Shown: positions 9,839 to 20,056 of the stretch, in pieces
Layout: every line of letters starts with the position of its first letter
Position numbering within the stretch: position 1 is the first letter of the stretch
NCBI GenBank assembly: GCA_963792585.1
Contig: CAWBWI010000006.1
Coordinates: 576,001-640,000 of the forward strand
Source: Candidatus Eiseniibacteriota bacterium
GTDB taxonomy: Bacteria; Eisenbacteria; RBG-16-71-46; CAIMUX01; VGJL01
Direction of reading: 5' to 3'
DNA length: 64,000 bases
Notes under the pieces: generated by a model
Told to the model about the DNA's origin: nothing
What the model saw: the letters and a program-made list of their open reading frames with translations, nothing else
The model's database searches: none
Position numbers and translations under genes: made by a program

Positions 9839-11517
9839 GAAGCGCCTTCATCGCCACCGCGATCGTCTGCCTCAGCGCCCTGTGGGCCGTCGCCGCGATC
9901 GCATCGCCGCTCGAGGGCCGCGTCGTCGGGCTCGCGGCCGACGCCGTCTACCTGGACCACGGCGGCCGCGACGGCCTGACGGTCGGATCGCTGATCATGA
10001 TCTTCCGGGATTTGGGGGACACGGCGCCACAGACGCTGACCATCTCCCGGATTGCGGATCACTTCGCGGCGGCGGGTCCAGTCCCGTCCGCCGGGGCGAT
10101 CGCGGTGGGCGCCCAATGGAGTCTCGTCGGCGGGATCGACGCCGAATTGGAACTCCATGCGAAGACGCCGGTTCCCCCTGAGCCGCTCCCGGATCCCGAA
10201 CTCCTCGCCGCGCGCTGGAAAGAAGCGCTCGCGGCGCCGCCACCGCTGATCGCATTCCATGGAGAACACCCCGCGCAGGCACGCGCGCCGCGAGGCGTGC
10301 GTATCCACGCGGCCGCGCTCTCCTATCCGACGAACACGAGCGCCTCGGGAAGCTACCAAGGGGGAAGGCTGGACCTGCGCTCGGCGGGAGGGATTTCACG
10401 GCGGACGGGGGTGGCGTATCGGATCGATCTCGATCTGGCGGGATGGGCGCAACGTTCCGACTTCTCGCGCCTGCGTCCCGCCGCCGACCCGTACCTGCTT
10501 GTCCGCGACCTCGCCATGGAGATCGCTCCGCCCGGGGGCGCCGTCCGCGCGACCGCTGGAAGATTTCGCACAGCGCAGTCGTTCGCAGGACCCATGATCG
10601 ACGGATTCGCCGCATCCCTTTCGCGGGAGTCGACGGGCGACGCCGTCGCTTCCCCGCCATCGAGACCGCCCGCAAGTGAGATTGGCGTCTACGGCGGTCT
10701 CCTTCCCGACCCTCTGACCCTCCGACCCGATTCGAAACGCACGGCCCTGGGCGCGTTCGCCTCGACAACGGCGGCCGTCTCCGAAAAAACCACCGGCCGC
10801 CTCGGCGCATCGCTCGAGATGCGCCGATTCAAGGGCGCGTCCTATGAGACGGGACGGTTCCGCCTCAACCTGGACCGCGCGGCGGGGATGGGCATCGAGG
10901 CGGGCGCCGCCGCTTGGCGTGAGTCATCCACCCTGCGCTTCGGCGACGCCCACGCATCGATCCGGGGATCCAAGGCGGCGCGATCCTATTGGCTCCTCTA
11001 CCGGGAGAGCGAGACCGCGTTCGACGCGAAACAGCGCGAAGCGATCCTCGATGTCTTCGGCGCTGAGGCGAATCCCACGCACAGGGCCCGCCGCGCCGAG
11101 GCGGGGCTATCGTGGACGAGATCCGAGAAGACGCGCGTGAGCGCAGTGGCCGGTCACGCGGGAGGCGACGGCGGTCTGAATCGCTGGATCCTCGAGCCGA
11201 CGGTCGAGGTGCGCCGTGAACTGTGGGCGCTTCGCACCTGGCGCTTCGGCTACCGCGGCTCCTTCGGCTGGCAGGAGGGGCACGAGGCCGATCTCGGCGG
11301 TCTCTTCGTCTTCGGAGCGTGGAGGTTCGACCTGCGACTCGGTGGCGGCGTCCTGCACCAGGGCAAGGCGCTGCGAACCACCCCGATCGGTCGTGGCTTC
11401 TTCAACTTGCGCCGTCCGATCGGCGAAAGCGGATCGCTTTCCCTGAACGCCTCCGGCAACGGCACCCTCCACTACGTCGGCGGCGCGGCGCGGCTGGCCT
11501 TCTCGAAGAGGTTCTAA
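9835..11517 (+). CDS. Putative outer-membrane beta-barrel (porin-like) protein
   Basis: Signal peptide MRSAFIATA..; amphipathic beta-strand pattern; terminal Phe (RLAFSKRF); ATGA overlap; sits between two cytochromes. Confidence 0.65.
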   Translation: MRSAFIATAIVCLSALWAVAAIASPLEGRVVGLAADAVYLDHGGRDGLTVGSLIMIFRDLGDTAPQTLTISRIADHFAAAGPVPSAGAIAVGAQWSLVGGIDAELELHAKTPVPPEPLPDPELLAARWKEALAAPPPLIAFHGEHPAQARAPRGVRIHAAALSYPTNTSASGSYQGGRLDLRSAGGISRRTGVAYRIDLDLAGWAQRSDFSRLRPAADPYLLVRDLAMEIAPPGGAVRATAGRFRTAQSFAGPMIDGFAASLSRESTGDAVASPPSRPPASEIGVYGGLLPDPLTLRPDSKRTALGAFASTTAAVSEKTTGRLGASLEMRRFKGASYETGRFRLNLDRAAGMGIEAGAAAWRESSTLRFGDAHASIRGSKAARSYWLLYRESETAFDAKQREAILDVFGAEANPTHRARRAEAGLSWTRSEKTRVSAVAGHAGGDGGLNRWILEPTVEVRRELWALRTWRFGYRGSFGWQEGHEADLGGLFVFGAWRFDLRLGGGVLHQGKALRTTPIGRGFFNLRRPIGESGSLSLNASGNGTLHYVGGAARLAFSKRF

Positions 11518-11519
11518 AG

Positions 11520-12752
11520 GTGGATCGCTTCCTTCGAATCGCACTGCGCGCGCTCCCTGCCGGCATCGTCCTGCTCTGCGCGGGATGCTGGGGCGGGGGC
11601 GATTTTCCGCCCCTCGAGCGCCACGCCATCGCCGCATCGAACCACGGTCCCTATTTCCCGATCGGCGCGACAGACGTGCACCACGGCCTGGACTGCCTGG
11701 CCTGCCACGGGGGAACGGCGAGCTTCCTCGAGTTCACCTGCATCACCTGTCATGACCACGCGCAGGAGGTTACGGATCCCCAGCATCTCGGAATCCAGGA
11801 CTACGCCTACGGTCCGTCGACGTGCTACGGCTGTCACCCCAACGGATCCATCACGGGCGTGGACCATGCGTCGTTCTTTCCCATCACGGAGGAGACGAGG
11901 CACGCCGGCATACGCTGCGTCGCCTGCCATCCGCAGCCGACGGATCGCAAGGTGTTCACCTGTACGGAGTGCCACGATCACCGAGCGGAGATCAGCGATC
12001 CGGGTCATGCCGCCGTGGCCGGTTACGAATACGCCGACTCGGCCTGCTACCGGTGCCATCCCACGGGCGAGGCCATGACCCGCGTCCTACACGAATCGTT
12101 TTTCCCGATTCTCGCCGGCGCCCACGATGCCACCGCGTGCGCCGACTGTCACACCGACCCGAACAGCTTCGGCACCTACGACTGCATCGACTGCCACGAC
12201 CATCGGCAAGAGGTCAGCGACCCGGCACACGCGAACGTCCAGGGGTACAGCTTCGTCAGCACCGAGTGCTTCCGCTGTCATCCTACCGGCGAGTCGCTGA
12301 CACGATCGCAGCACACTCCGTTCTTCCCGATTCTGACCGGGCCTCACAGCACGACCCCCTGTGCGGATTGCCACACGGTATCAGGCGACTTCCGGACATA
12401 CGCATGTATCGAGTGTCACGACCACCGGCAGGAGATCACCGACCCCGCGCACGCTGGAGTCGCGGGTTACAGCTTCGTGAGCGCGGAGTGCCTCCGCTGT
12501 CATCCTACCGGCGAGTCGCTCAGCCGCGAGGAGCACGACCCCTTCTTCCCGATCCTGACAGGCCGGCACGGAGACATCGCCTGCGCGGAGTGCCACACCA
12601 TGACGGGGACATTCCGGGCGTACGAATGCATCGAATGTCACACGCACGAGTGCACTCGATCGAATAGCGAGCACCGCGAAGTCTCGGGTTACTCCTGCGT
12701 GAGCACGGAATGCTACCGTTGCCACCCGCGAGGAACAGAGGACGACTTCTAG
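11520..12752 (+). CDS. Multiheme cytochrome c lipoprotein (15 CxxCH, five tri-heme repeats)
   Basis: GTG start, lipobox-like LLCAGC; manual count of 15 CxxCH; 74-aa (222-bp) tandem repeats. Confidence 0.88.
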   Translation: MDRFLRIALRALPAGIVLLCAGCWGGGDFPPLERHAIAASNHGPYFPIGATDVHHGLDCLACHGGTASFLEFTCITCHDHAQEVTDPQHLGIQDYAYGPSTCYGCHPNGSITGVDHASFFPITEETRHAGIRCVACHPQPTDRKVFTCTECHDHRAEISDPGHAAVAGYEYADSACYRCHPTGEAMTRVLHESFFPILAGAHDATACADCHTDPNSFGTYDCIDCHDHRQEVSDPAHANVQGYSFVSTECFRCHPTGESLTRSQHTPFFPILTGPHSTTPCADCHTVSGDFRTYACIECHDHRQEITDPAHAGVAGYSFVSAECLRCHPTGESLSREEHDPFFPILTGRHGDIACAECHTMTGTFRAYECIECHTHECTRSNSEHREVSGYSCVSTECYRCHPRGTEDDF

Positions 12753-12774
12753 TCGCGGCCCTGAGTCGCGCCCG

Positions 12775-14472
12775 TCAGCGGAGCAGAATCAGCTTCGACC
12801 GTCCCCGGCGCGCACCCTGATCCGCGATCACGTAGTAGATGCCCGCCGCCGCGGGAAGCCCCCCATGGCCCCTCGGGTCCCACGTCATCCCTGCGCGCGC
12901 GGCCACGCGTCGATCCAGCAAGACGCGGCCGCCGGGATCGACGATCCGCAATCGGACGGTTTCCGCGGTCGGCATGTTCCACTGCAACACCACGGAACCG
13001 CCTGCCGGATTGGGACTGATCGAGAGGCCCGGGATCGCCGACACGTCGTCGTCCATGACCGTCGCCGGATCCCGCTGCCCGGGTTCCGCCCAGATTGCCC
13101 ACGCATACGTCGGTCGCGTGTCCTGGCTCACGAGCACGGGATCCCCTGCCGGCATCACCGCGATGATCGGTCGGTCCGACGCAGCTCCGGTCGCGTCGTC
13201 GTCGACCCGCTGCGGAACGCTCCAGGTGAGGCCGCCGTCGGTCGATGCACGGAAGTAGGTGTTCCAATCGGATGCATATCCCGGCCACGCGGCGAGGAGA
13301 TCGTCGGCGATCCCGCCGGACAGCGTCGGGCAGACGCCCGAGCCGGTCGCGGGTTCGCTCAGGGCGACGCTGGCTCCCCAGGTCGCCCCATGATCGGTCG
13401 AGCGACTCACGCGCATCTCACTCGGCCCGACGAAGTCGTCGTTGTACCAGCCGATCGCGATTGCGCCGGTCGAGGTCGTCGCGATCACGCGCTTGGCGGC
13501 CTGCTGGTAGTAGTCGGTGAGGTCGTTGACCCGGACGTTCGGATTCGACCAGGTCACGCCGCCGTCGGTCGACCGGGCGAAGAAGACGTTCGGGTAGCGG
13601 CCCGTCGGCACGTTGCCGCGCCAATCGTTCCATACGCATAGCAGGGCGGGCGGATTCGACGCGTCGTGCGCGTCGACCGCGAGACACGGGTCTCCCGCGA
13701 CCGGCTGGTAGCCGATCCGATCGGAGATGCGCACCTCGTCGTTCCACGTCAACCCGCCGTCGGGCGAGGCGCGGAACCAAACCTGATAGAAGACCCCATC
13801 CCTCCAGTCGGTCCAGGCGACGTAAAGACGCCCGAACCGGTCCGCGGCGAGGCTCGGGTGCATGTACGACCCCGCATCGGTCGAGCCCCCCATCGTGTTG
13901 ATCCGCACCGATGCGCTCCAATCGAAACGTCCCGCGCCCGGATTCCAGATCCCGTGCGCGAAATAGACGTTCCAGTTCCAGCCGCCCGCGCGCACGTCCT
14001 CCCAGACCGCACCGATGCGATCGGGGCCGAGGGTCGCGATGCTCACGAAGCGCGCCATCGCTCCGGCGGGCGCGTCGTCGAGCCGCTGGTCCGCGGACCA
14101 GGCATGCCCGCCGTCGATCGAGTGCGATCCGTAGATGTGGTAGGTGCCGGTGCGGTCGTCCATCCAGGTCGCGTAGAGCTTGCCGTCGGGAAGGGCGACG
14201 ACGTCGGGCCAGAGCCGGTTCGCGGCATCCCCCCCGGAGACCGGGACATTGGGTCCGAAGGTCCAATCGGCGCGGTCGCCCGGCAGCCCCTCCGCCGTCG
14301 CCTCCCCCCACGAGGGTGTGTCCACGCGGAGCGCATGCCGCGTTCCGTTGCGCGTGTCGAGGTAGTAGGCCGAGGCCGGCGCCGCAGCCACGGCGAGCAA
14401 GAACAGGGCGTTTAAGCAGCGACCCGGGGCTTGGGGAAGAAATCCGATGCGCATCGGTGTCTCCTTGTTCAT
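12775..14472 (-). CDS. Secreted BNR/Asp-box (sialidase-like) beta-propeller protein with FlgD-Ig/T9SS-like C-terminal domain
   Basis: Signal peptide; repeated SxDGGxTWS; C-terminal LSISPNP...WD..G..AAGIYY...KLILLR. Confidence 0.85.
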   Translation of the reverse strand: MNKETPMRIGFLPQAPGRCLNALFLLAVAAAPASAYYLDTRNGTRHALRVDTPSWGEATAEGLPGDRADWTFGPNVPVSGGDAANRLWPDVVALPDGKLYATWMDDRTGTYHIYGSHSIDGGHAWSADQRLDDAPAGAMARFVSIATLGPDRIGAVWEDVRAGGWNWNVYFAHGIWNPGAGRFDWSASVRINTMGGSTDAGSYMHPSLAADRFGRLYVAWTDWRDGVFYQVWFRASPDGGLTWNDEVRISDRIGYQPVAGDPCLAVDAHDASNPPALLCVWNDWRGNVPTGRYPNVFFARSTDGGVTWSNPNVRVNDLTDYYQQAAKRVIATTSTGAIAIGWYNDDFVGPSEMRVSRSTDHGATWGASVALSEPATGSGVCPTLSGGIADDLLAAWPGYASDWNTYFRASTDGGLTWSVPQRVDDDATGAASDRPIIAVMPAGDPVLVSQDTRPTYAWAIWAEPGQRDPATVMDDDVSAIPGLSISPNPAGGSVVLQWNMPTAETVRLRIVDPGGRVLLDRRVAARAGMTWDPRGHGGLPAAAGIYYVIADQGARRGRSKLILLR

Positions 14473-14588
14473 ACCGCGGATGTCACGTCACTCGGCCGTT
14501 CACAAAGGGGACCGGTCGATCACCATCCTCCCCCACGGCAAGGCCGGCGAGCGAACCGTCGCCGGCCGAGCATCCGTGGCATGCGGGA

Positions 14589-15326
14589 TCAGATCCGACC
14601 CGGTTTTCTCGCACAGACATACGCGGCCTCTGTGTACTCCGATGTCCTGTATCCACTCGTGCCCATGATCCGGGCATCCACCAGACCGGCAGCTCGAAGA
14701 CCTTCCAGGTAGGACCTACCCGGCACCGCTCCGCTGATTCAGCCTGACCAAGCAAACTGGTCATCGCGGAGGTTTTCGGGCAGATCCTTGATCAGGATCA
14801 GATCCGCCGCCTGGAATCGCCCCTCGGGTCGAAGAACCCGGGCGATCTCCGCGTAGACCGGCTCCTTGCACGCGGCCAGATTCAGGACGCCGTTGGAGAT
14901 GACCAGATCGGCCCATCCGGAATCCACAGGCAGGGCCTCGGCCTGGCCCTCCACGAATGCAACGTTCGGCAGATCGCCGGCCTCGACCCCGGACCTTGCT
15001 ACATCGAGCATCTCGGGGCTCATGTCCACGCCGATCACCCGGCCTGTCGGCCCGACGTAGTGCGCCGCGACCTGGCAGTCGACGCCGCTTCCACAGCCCA
15101 CGTCCACGATGCGCCAACCCGGCTGCGGCTCCCCGAGGGAGAACGGATTGCCGACTCCCACGAAGTGCCGGGTCGCGTCCGGGGAGACGCGATCCATGAA
15201 GTCGGCGCGATAGCCGAGCCGCTCCGCACTCTCCCTACCGACCGGATACTTGAATTGCCCCACGGGTTGAGCGGCGACGGCGGCGTACCGGCGGCGGATG
15301 GCGTCCCGGATCTCATTCTCATTCAT
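14589..15326 (-). CDS. ArsM-like class I SAM methyltransferase, probable selenoprotein (in-frame UGA at 14739-14741; 245 aa)
   Basis: GVGNP, DVGCGSG, DLVISNGVLNL motifs; FAWSG-UGA-ISGAV aligns with the family WxGC(I/V)xGA motif; frame stays open 49 more codons ending CARKPGRI. Confidence 0.82.
14705..14723 (-). promoter_or_regulatory. Bacterial SECIS-like hairpin
   Basis: CCGGGTAG-GTC-CTACCTGG stem-loop starting 15 nt after the UGA; apical AGGUC resembles E. coli fdhF SECIS. Confidence 0.7.
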
Positions 15327-15354
15327 CGAGACCCCGTCTCCTTTGCGTCCGAGC

Positions 15355-15915
15355 CTAGCCCTCGGTCTGTTCCTTGAGACTGTCGAGCGCCGAAGCCCAG
15401 TAGGCCTTCATCTTCTTGGCGGCAGCCGCCGACGGGAGCTTCGCGTGCTGCACGACGACCATGCACTTCCCCGTGCCCTTGGCGGAGAACGCGACATTGA
15501 CATCGCTCTTGCCGTCGACCCACGTGAACCGAAGCGACTTCCCCGCGGTCGATCTGCGTATCGTAAAAGCCGTGTCCGGAAGCCACCGCTTCCTCTTGCG
15601 CGCATCGCTCCAGGCTGCGAAGAGATGCTCGACCGTGCCGGCGGCGGTTCTGCTGACGCTGATCTCGAAGCCGCCCGGCTTCTCGTGCGGCGCACGCAGG
15701 CCGCGCGCCTGCTCGTACGAGACCGCCACCATCTGACGCCACCAACCCCCGACGCCGTGATTCTCCGCCAGCCAGGCGACGATTTCGCGGTGGTTCAGCT
15801 TCGCCGCCCCGGCCTCGTCCAGGGCCGCGTACCACTCCTTCCATGATTTTCCGGTGCTCGCGCGGACCGCGTCGTCGCCGATGCGAAGTCCCGTCGCGTT
15901 CGTCCTTGTGGGCAT
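15355..15915 (-). CDS. Conserved hypothetical protein (DUF4287-like N-terminus plus SRPBCC-like domain)
   Basis: TGKSWKEW..HREIVAWL..HGVGGWWRQ pattern; RBS GGAG. Confidence 0.7.
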   Translation of the reverse strand: MPTRTNATGLRIGDDAVRASTGKSWKEWYAALDEAGAAKLNHREIVAWLAENHGVGGWWRQMVAVSYEQARGLRAPHEKPGGFEISVSRTAAGTVEHLFAAWSDARKRKRWLPDTAFTIRRSTAGKSLRFTWVDGKSDVNVAFSAKGTGKCMVVVQHAKLPSAAAAKKMKAYWASALDSLKEQTEG

Positions 15916-15926
15916 CTCCAAGCCCC

Positions 15927-16856
15927 CTATTTCGGCCGCTTCCTGAGAACCAGGCGGAACGAGTGCACGCCGAGTTCGTCGTCCGACAGGTTTCGGAACT
16001 CGGGCGCCAGACCGCGCCGCGCGCGCGCGATCGCGCGATCGGACAAGCGATGAATCTGCTGGTTGTCGACGACGTCCCAACCAACCTCGCGAAAACACTC
16101 CACGTAGCGGCCGCTTCTCCAGCGGTTCGGGGTGCCGGGGAAACTCAACGCCCCATAGACTCCGCCGCCGTATCGCAGAATGTTCAGCGGATCGGCGTCC
16201 CGCAGCCACGGCGTATGCGTCGCGGCGTCGACATGGTGGAGGGCGATCGCGCCGGGCGCGCACCATCCGCTCAGCGCGACGAGGAGCGGCCTCGGATCGG
16301 CGACGTGCTCGAGGGCCGCGTGCGACAGCCACAGGTCGCGCGACGGCGCCTCCTGTGGAAGACCATCAGCGATTCCCCCCTCCAGGAGGACGTATCGGAG
16401 CGCGCCGCCGGCATCGCCCCGCCGGAACGACTGGTACGCCTCGACCGCGCGCCAGACATCGGGGGCGTCGGCGAGTCTGTGGAGCAGCGCATCGTAAAAC
16501 GTATCCGGCGTCGATCCCAGCAACGGGAAACGGTCGACCGCGACATAGGAAGCAGCGCCGTTCGCGAGGAGGACGAGCCCCGTCCCCAGGTCGGGCCCGG
16601 GTCCGAGTTCGAGCACGTGGCGGCCGCGGAGCCACGGATCCAGGCCCGCGTCCCGGAAGCCGGTCTGCCAGTTCTTGAAGAGCGCGAAAACGTAATCGAC
16701 GCTTCGGTCGACATCCTTCGCGGACCAGGGGCGGGGCCGATCGTAGCGGCGGAACGTGCGGCGAACCTTGTTCGCCGCCATCATCGCCAGGCCCGCGGCG
16801 TGCAGGATCGCGCCCGGCCGCTCCTTCGGTTCGTGGATCTGCGGTTTGCTCGGCAT
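15927..16856 (-). CDS. Class I SAM-dependent methyltransferase
   Basis: VLELGPG motif I; SHAALEHV; start uncertain. Confidence 0.75.
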   Translation of the reverse strand: MPSKPQIHEPKERPGAILHAAGLAMMAANKVRRTFRRYDRPRPWSAKDVDRSVDYVFALFKNWQTGFRDAGLDPWLRGRHVLELGPGPDLGTGLVLLANGAASYVAVDRFPLLGSTPDTFYDALLHRLADAPDVWRAVEAYQSFRRGDAGGALRYVLLEGGIADGLPQEAPSRDLWLSHAALEHVADPRPLLVALSGWCAPGAIALHHVDAATHTPWLRDADPLNILRYGGGVYGALSFPGTPNRWRSGRYVECFREVGWDVVDNQQIHRLSDRAIARARRGLAPEFRNLSDDELGVHSFRLVLRKRPK

Positions 16857-16954
16857 GCGCACCATTATAGCGGTTCTCGGGAGCTCGAGGGTGTCGCCTT
16901 GACGCCGGGATCGCGGATCGGCAAGTCTAGGGGGTCTACCGAAGGGAGGACCCG

Positions 16955-17986
16955 ATGCCACTGGTGCCGATGCGCGCGCTTCTCGACCATGCCGCCGAGC
17001 ATGGATACGGGGTCGCCGCGCTGAATGTCAACAACATGGAGCAGATCCAGTCGATCATGGCCGCCGCGGAGAAGACCGACTCGCCGGTCATCATCCAGGC
17101 CTCCCGCGGGGCCCGCTCCTACTCGCAGGACAACTATCTCCGCCACCTGATGCTCGCGGCCGTCGAGTTGCATCCGCGCATTCCGATCGCGATGCACCAG
17201 GATCACGGCAACAGCCCGGCCACCTGCTTCTCCGCGATCGAGCAGGGATTCACGAGCGTCATGATGGACGGCTCCCTGACCGAGGACGGGAAGACCCCGG
17301 CGACGTACGAGTACAACGTCGACGTGACCCGTCGGGTCGTGGAGCGGGCGCACAAAGCCGGCGTGACCGTAGAGGGTGAGATCGGCACTCTCGGCGGGAT
17401 CGAGGACGGCCATGGAGCCGGCCTGACCGGGGCCGAGGCGATGGCCCATCTGACCGATCCGGCGCAGGCGGAGCGCTTCGTCGCCGACACCGGCGTCGAC
17501 GCCCTCGCCGTCGCGATCGGCACGAGCCACGGCGCCTACAAGTTCAAGAAGAAGCCGACCGGTGAGGTCCTCGTGATGGACATCATCAAGGAGATCCACC
17601 GCCGTCTCCCGAACACGCACATGGTGATGCACGGCTCATCGTCGGTGCCGAAGGAACTGATCGACATCATCAACGAGTACGGCGGCGAGATCCCCGAGAC
17701 CTACGGCGTGCCGATCGAAGAGATTCAACTCGGGATCAAGCACGGCGTGCGCAAGATCAACGTCGACACCGACAACCGTCTCGCCATCACCGGCGCGATC
17801 CGCAAGGTCTTCGCGACGAAGCCCGCGGAGTTCGATCCGCGCAGCTATCTCAAGCCTTCGCGCGAGGCGATGCAGAAGGTTTGCGAAGAGCGGATGATCG
17901 CCTTCGGGCAGGCCGGAAACGCGAGCAAGATCAAGTCGGTCTCGCTCGAAGAGATGGCGCGGCGTTACCTATCGATGGCGGTTTGA
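16955..17986 (+). CDS. fba: Class II fructose-bisphosphate aldolase
   Basis: [36 protein letters not shown]. Confidence 0.96.
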   Translation: MPLVPMRALLDHAAEHGYGVAALNVNNMEQIQSIMAAAEKTDSPVIIQASRGARSYSQDNYLRHLMLAAVELHPRIPIAMHQDHGNSPATCFSAIEQGFTSVMMDGSLTEDGKTPATYEYNVDVTRRVVERAHKAGVTVEGEIGTLGGIEDGHGAGLTGAEAMAHLTDPAQAERFVADTGVDALAVAIGTSHGAYKFKKKPTGEVLVMDIIKEIHRRLPNTHMVMHGSSSVPKELIDIINEYGGEIPETYGVPIEEIQLGIKHGVRKINVDTDNRLAITGAIRKVFATKPAEFDPRSYLKPSREAMQKVCEERMIAFGQAGNASKIKSVSLEEMARRYLSMAV

Positions 17987-18013
17987 GCCGCGCGAGCCGC
18001 GCTCCCGATCCGG

Positions 18014-18043
18014 GGCCGCGGCGCCCGTCCGGGCGCCGCGGCC
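18014..18043. terminator. GC-rich hairpin between convergent genes
   Basis: 13-bp perfect stem GGCCGCGGCGCCC/GGGCGCCGCGGCC; no clear U tract. Confidence 0.45.
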
Positions 18044-18050
18044 TCGACGT

Positions 18051-18239
18051 CTACTTGGTGCGTCCTGCGGTCGTGATATGGAAAGGCAGGTAGGCGGGGC
18101 ACCAGCCGATCAGGGCGGTCACGAGCGGCAGCAGGCCGATCGCCCCCCACCAGGTCTTCAGCACGATTCCAAGGACGATTCCCACAACGCCGAGGACGAT
18201 CCGAATCCAGCGATCCACCGATCCAATGTTCCGTGTCAT
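18051..18239 (-). CDS. DUF2892/YgaP-like small membrane protein
   Basis: NIGSVDRWIR..GLLPLVTALIGWCPAY. Confidence 0.88.
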   Translation of the reverse strand: MTRNIGSVDRWIRIVLGVVGIVLGIVLKTWWGAIGLLPLVTALIGWCPAYLPFHITTAGRTK

Positions 18240-18317
18240 GGCCCTCCCCGCGCGGCCCGAGCCGTCGGCCGCCGTGGACCATCCTACCAGGGGCGTGACT
18301 CTCTCGCCGGAATTCGA

Positions 18318-19046
18318 TCAGCCGGGTCGTCTCAGAATTCGCACATCCGGCTCCGAGATCCGCGACCAGTTCGTGCAGCGGATCCCGTCGACAGGCTCCG
18401 ATGAGGCGACGCGGATTCCGGGTCCCCGGCCTTCCCACAGGGCATGGTAGGCGAGGAGCCCTTGGTCGAGATGACGCCTGGCAATCACGTGGATCGCTTC
18501 GGTCGATGCGAGAAATGAGTGGAGCGAGGTGTAGTCGCGGATCGGCTCGAGGCCTTGGAGGATCGACTTGCGGGGATCGGCCGGATCGTAGACGCCCAAG
18601 ATGTGGTGGAAGAGCTGCTCCGAGTCCATGTCCCCCATGGGATCGAGATCCGGCGGCGGCCGCAGTACGCTCGTATCGTTGATCACGCCGTTGTGGCAGA
18701 AGGCCCACGCCTGGCCATTGCGTTCGACGAGGAACGGGTGGGTGTTCTCCACACGAACGCTCCCCTCGCGTGAGGCGCGGCGCGCATGGAGGATTGCGAG
18801 GCCCGTGTGGACCCCGGTCAACTCGGCGACGCGGGGATCGTCGAGGCACGACCTCTCGCTCCTCGAATGACGGAGACGACCGTCCTCGACCCAGGCCGCG
18901 CCCCAACCGTCCTCGTGCCGGAACGAAGCGCCCAGGGAGCGTTTCTCGTGGGTGTGGGCGCGATTCTCGTTCGATGCCAATCGCCGCAACGCGCCCATCA
19001 GCGCACCGAGTTCGAGATCCCCTACCGCAGCGATCATCCGACACAT
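18318..19046 (-). CDS. Class II glutamine amidotransferase (Ntn, YafJ/EgtC-like)
   Basis: Starts MCRM; HEDGWG, HARRAS, NTHPF, HNG, DSE. Confidence 0.88.
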   Translation of the reverse strand: MCRMIAAVGDLELGALMGALRRLASNENRAHTHEKRSLGASFRHEDGWGAAWVEDGRLRHSRSERSCLDDPRVAELTGVHTGLAILHARRASREGSVRVENTHPFLVERNGQAWAFCHNGVINDTSVLRPPPDLDPMGDMDSEQLFHHILGVYDPADPRKSILQGLEPIRDYTSLHSFLASTEAIHVIARRHLDQGLLAYHALWEGRGPGIRVASSEPVDGIRCTNWSRISEPDVRILRRPG

Positions 19047-19209
19047 GACGGCGCCTCCCGCGGGCGGCATTCCGAGCCCACACCCGAATGCAACCATCAT
19101 ACATGCAGGAAGACGTCCCGCGCGCACCCGGTCTGCGCAGCCTCGGCTCCCGCACCCGTCCTTGTCCGGGGCGACCATCGAGGCTACTCTCGACCTCGGC
19201 ATGGCATCG

Positions 19210-20049
19210 ATGCGGATCTGCTCCCTGGCCAGCGGCAGTTCGGGAAACGCGACCTACATCGCGACCGAACGGACCGCGCTACTCGTCGATTCCGGTCCCC
19301 CCGCGCGCGACGTGATCGCGCGCCTCGCGTCGATCGGCGTCGATCCCGCGCGGCTTGACGGCATCTTGATCACCCACGCCCACTCCGACCACTACCGCTC
19401 GGCCGGTACGCTGAACGCGCGCTTCAGGGTCCCGGTCTTCTGCGACCCATCCACGGCGGATGCCCTGGCGTGGCGCGGTCGCTACTCCTCCTGGAAGAGG
19501 CTCACCGAGACCCGTCCAATCCCCGAACGGATCGGGGACATCGAGGTCGAGGCGCTCGACACGCCGCACGGATTCTCGGAGGAAGGGCGTACGGTCGCCT
19601 ACCTCCTGAACCACCATCGGACCCGTGTCGCGGTCGTCACCGATCTCGGGACCGTCCCCGAGAAGATGCTCCGGCGTCTTCGGGGCGTAAATGCCATCGT
19701 CTTGGAGGCGAACTACGACGAGGCGACGATCCGCCGAAAGCTCGCCGATCCCCACCACGCCGCCGACCACCACTACCTGAGCTGGGTCTTGGGCGACCGA
19801 GGGCACCTCTCCAACCAGCAGTGCGCCGAGACGCTCGCCGGGATCCTGACCGACCGGGATGCGCACGTCTTTCTCGGACACCTGAGCGAGAACCACGAGG
19901 ACCCGCGCCAGGACAACAACGACCACAAGCTCGCGCACGACGTCGTCGCCGCCCTCCTCAAGCGCGAGCGGCTCCCCATGCCGCACATGCATCGGACGTT
20001 CCGCATCGGCCGCAGGCCGAGCGGGCCCAGCGATCTGCTCGACTTCTGA
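19210..20049 (+). CDS. MBL-fold metallo-hydrolase (YycJ/WalJ-like)
   Basis: LASGSSGN, THAHSDH, TDLG, EANYD, GHLSN, HLSE. Confidence 0.88.
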   Translation: MRICSLASGSSGNATYIATERTALLVDSGPPARDVIARLASIGVDPARLDGILITHAHSDHYRSAGTLNARFRVPVFCDPSTADALAWRGRYSSWKRLTETRPIPERIGDIEVEALDTPHGFSEEGRTVAYLLNHHRTRVAVVTDLGTVPEKMLRRLRGVNAIVLEANYDEATIRRKLADPHHAADHHYLSWVLGDRGHLSNQQCAETLAGILTDRDAHVFLGHLSENHEDPRQDNNDHKLAHDVVAALLKRERLPMPHMHRTFRIGRRPSGPSDLLDF

Positions 20050-20056
20050 TACCCGG

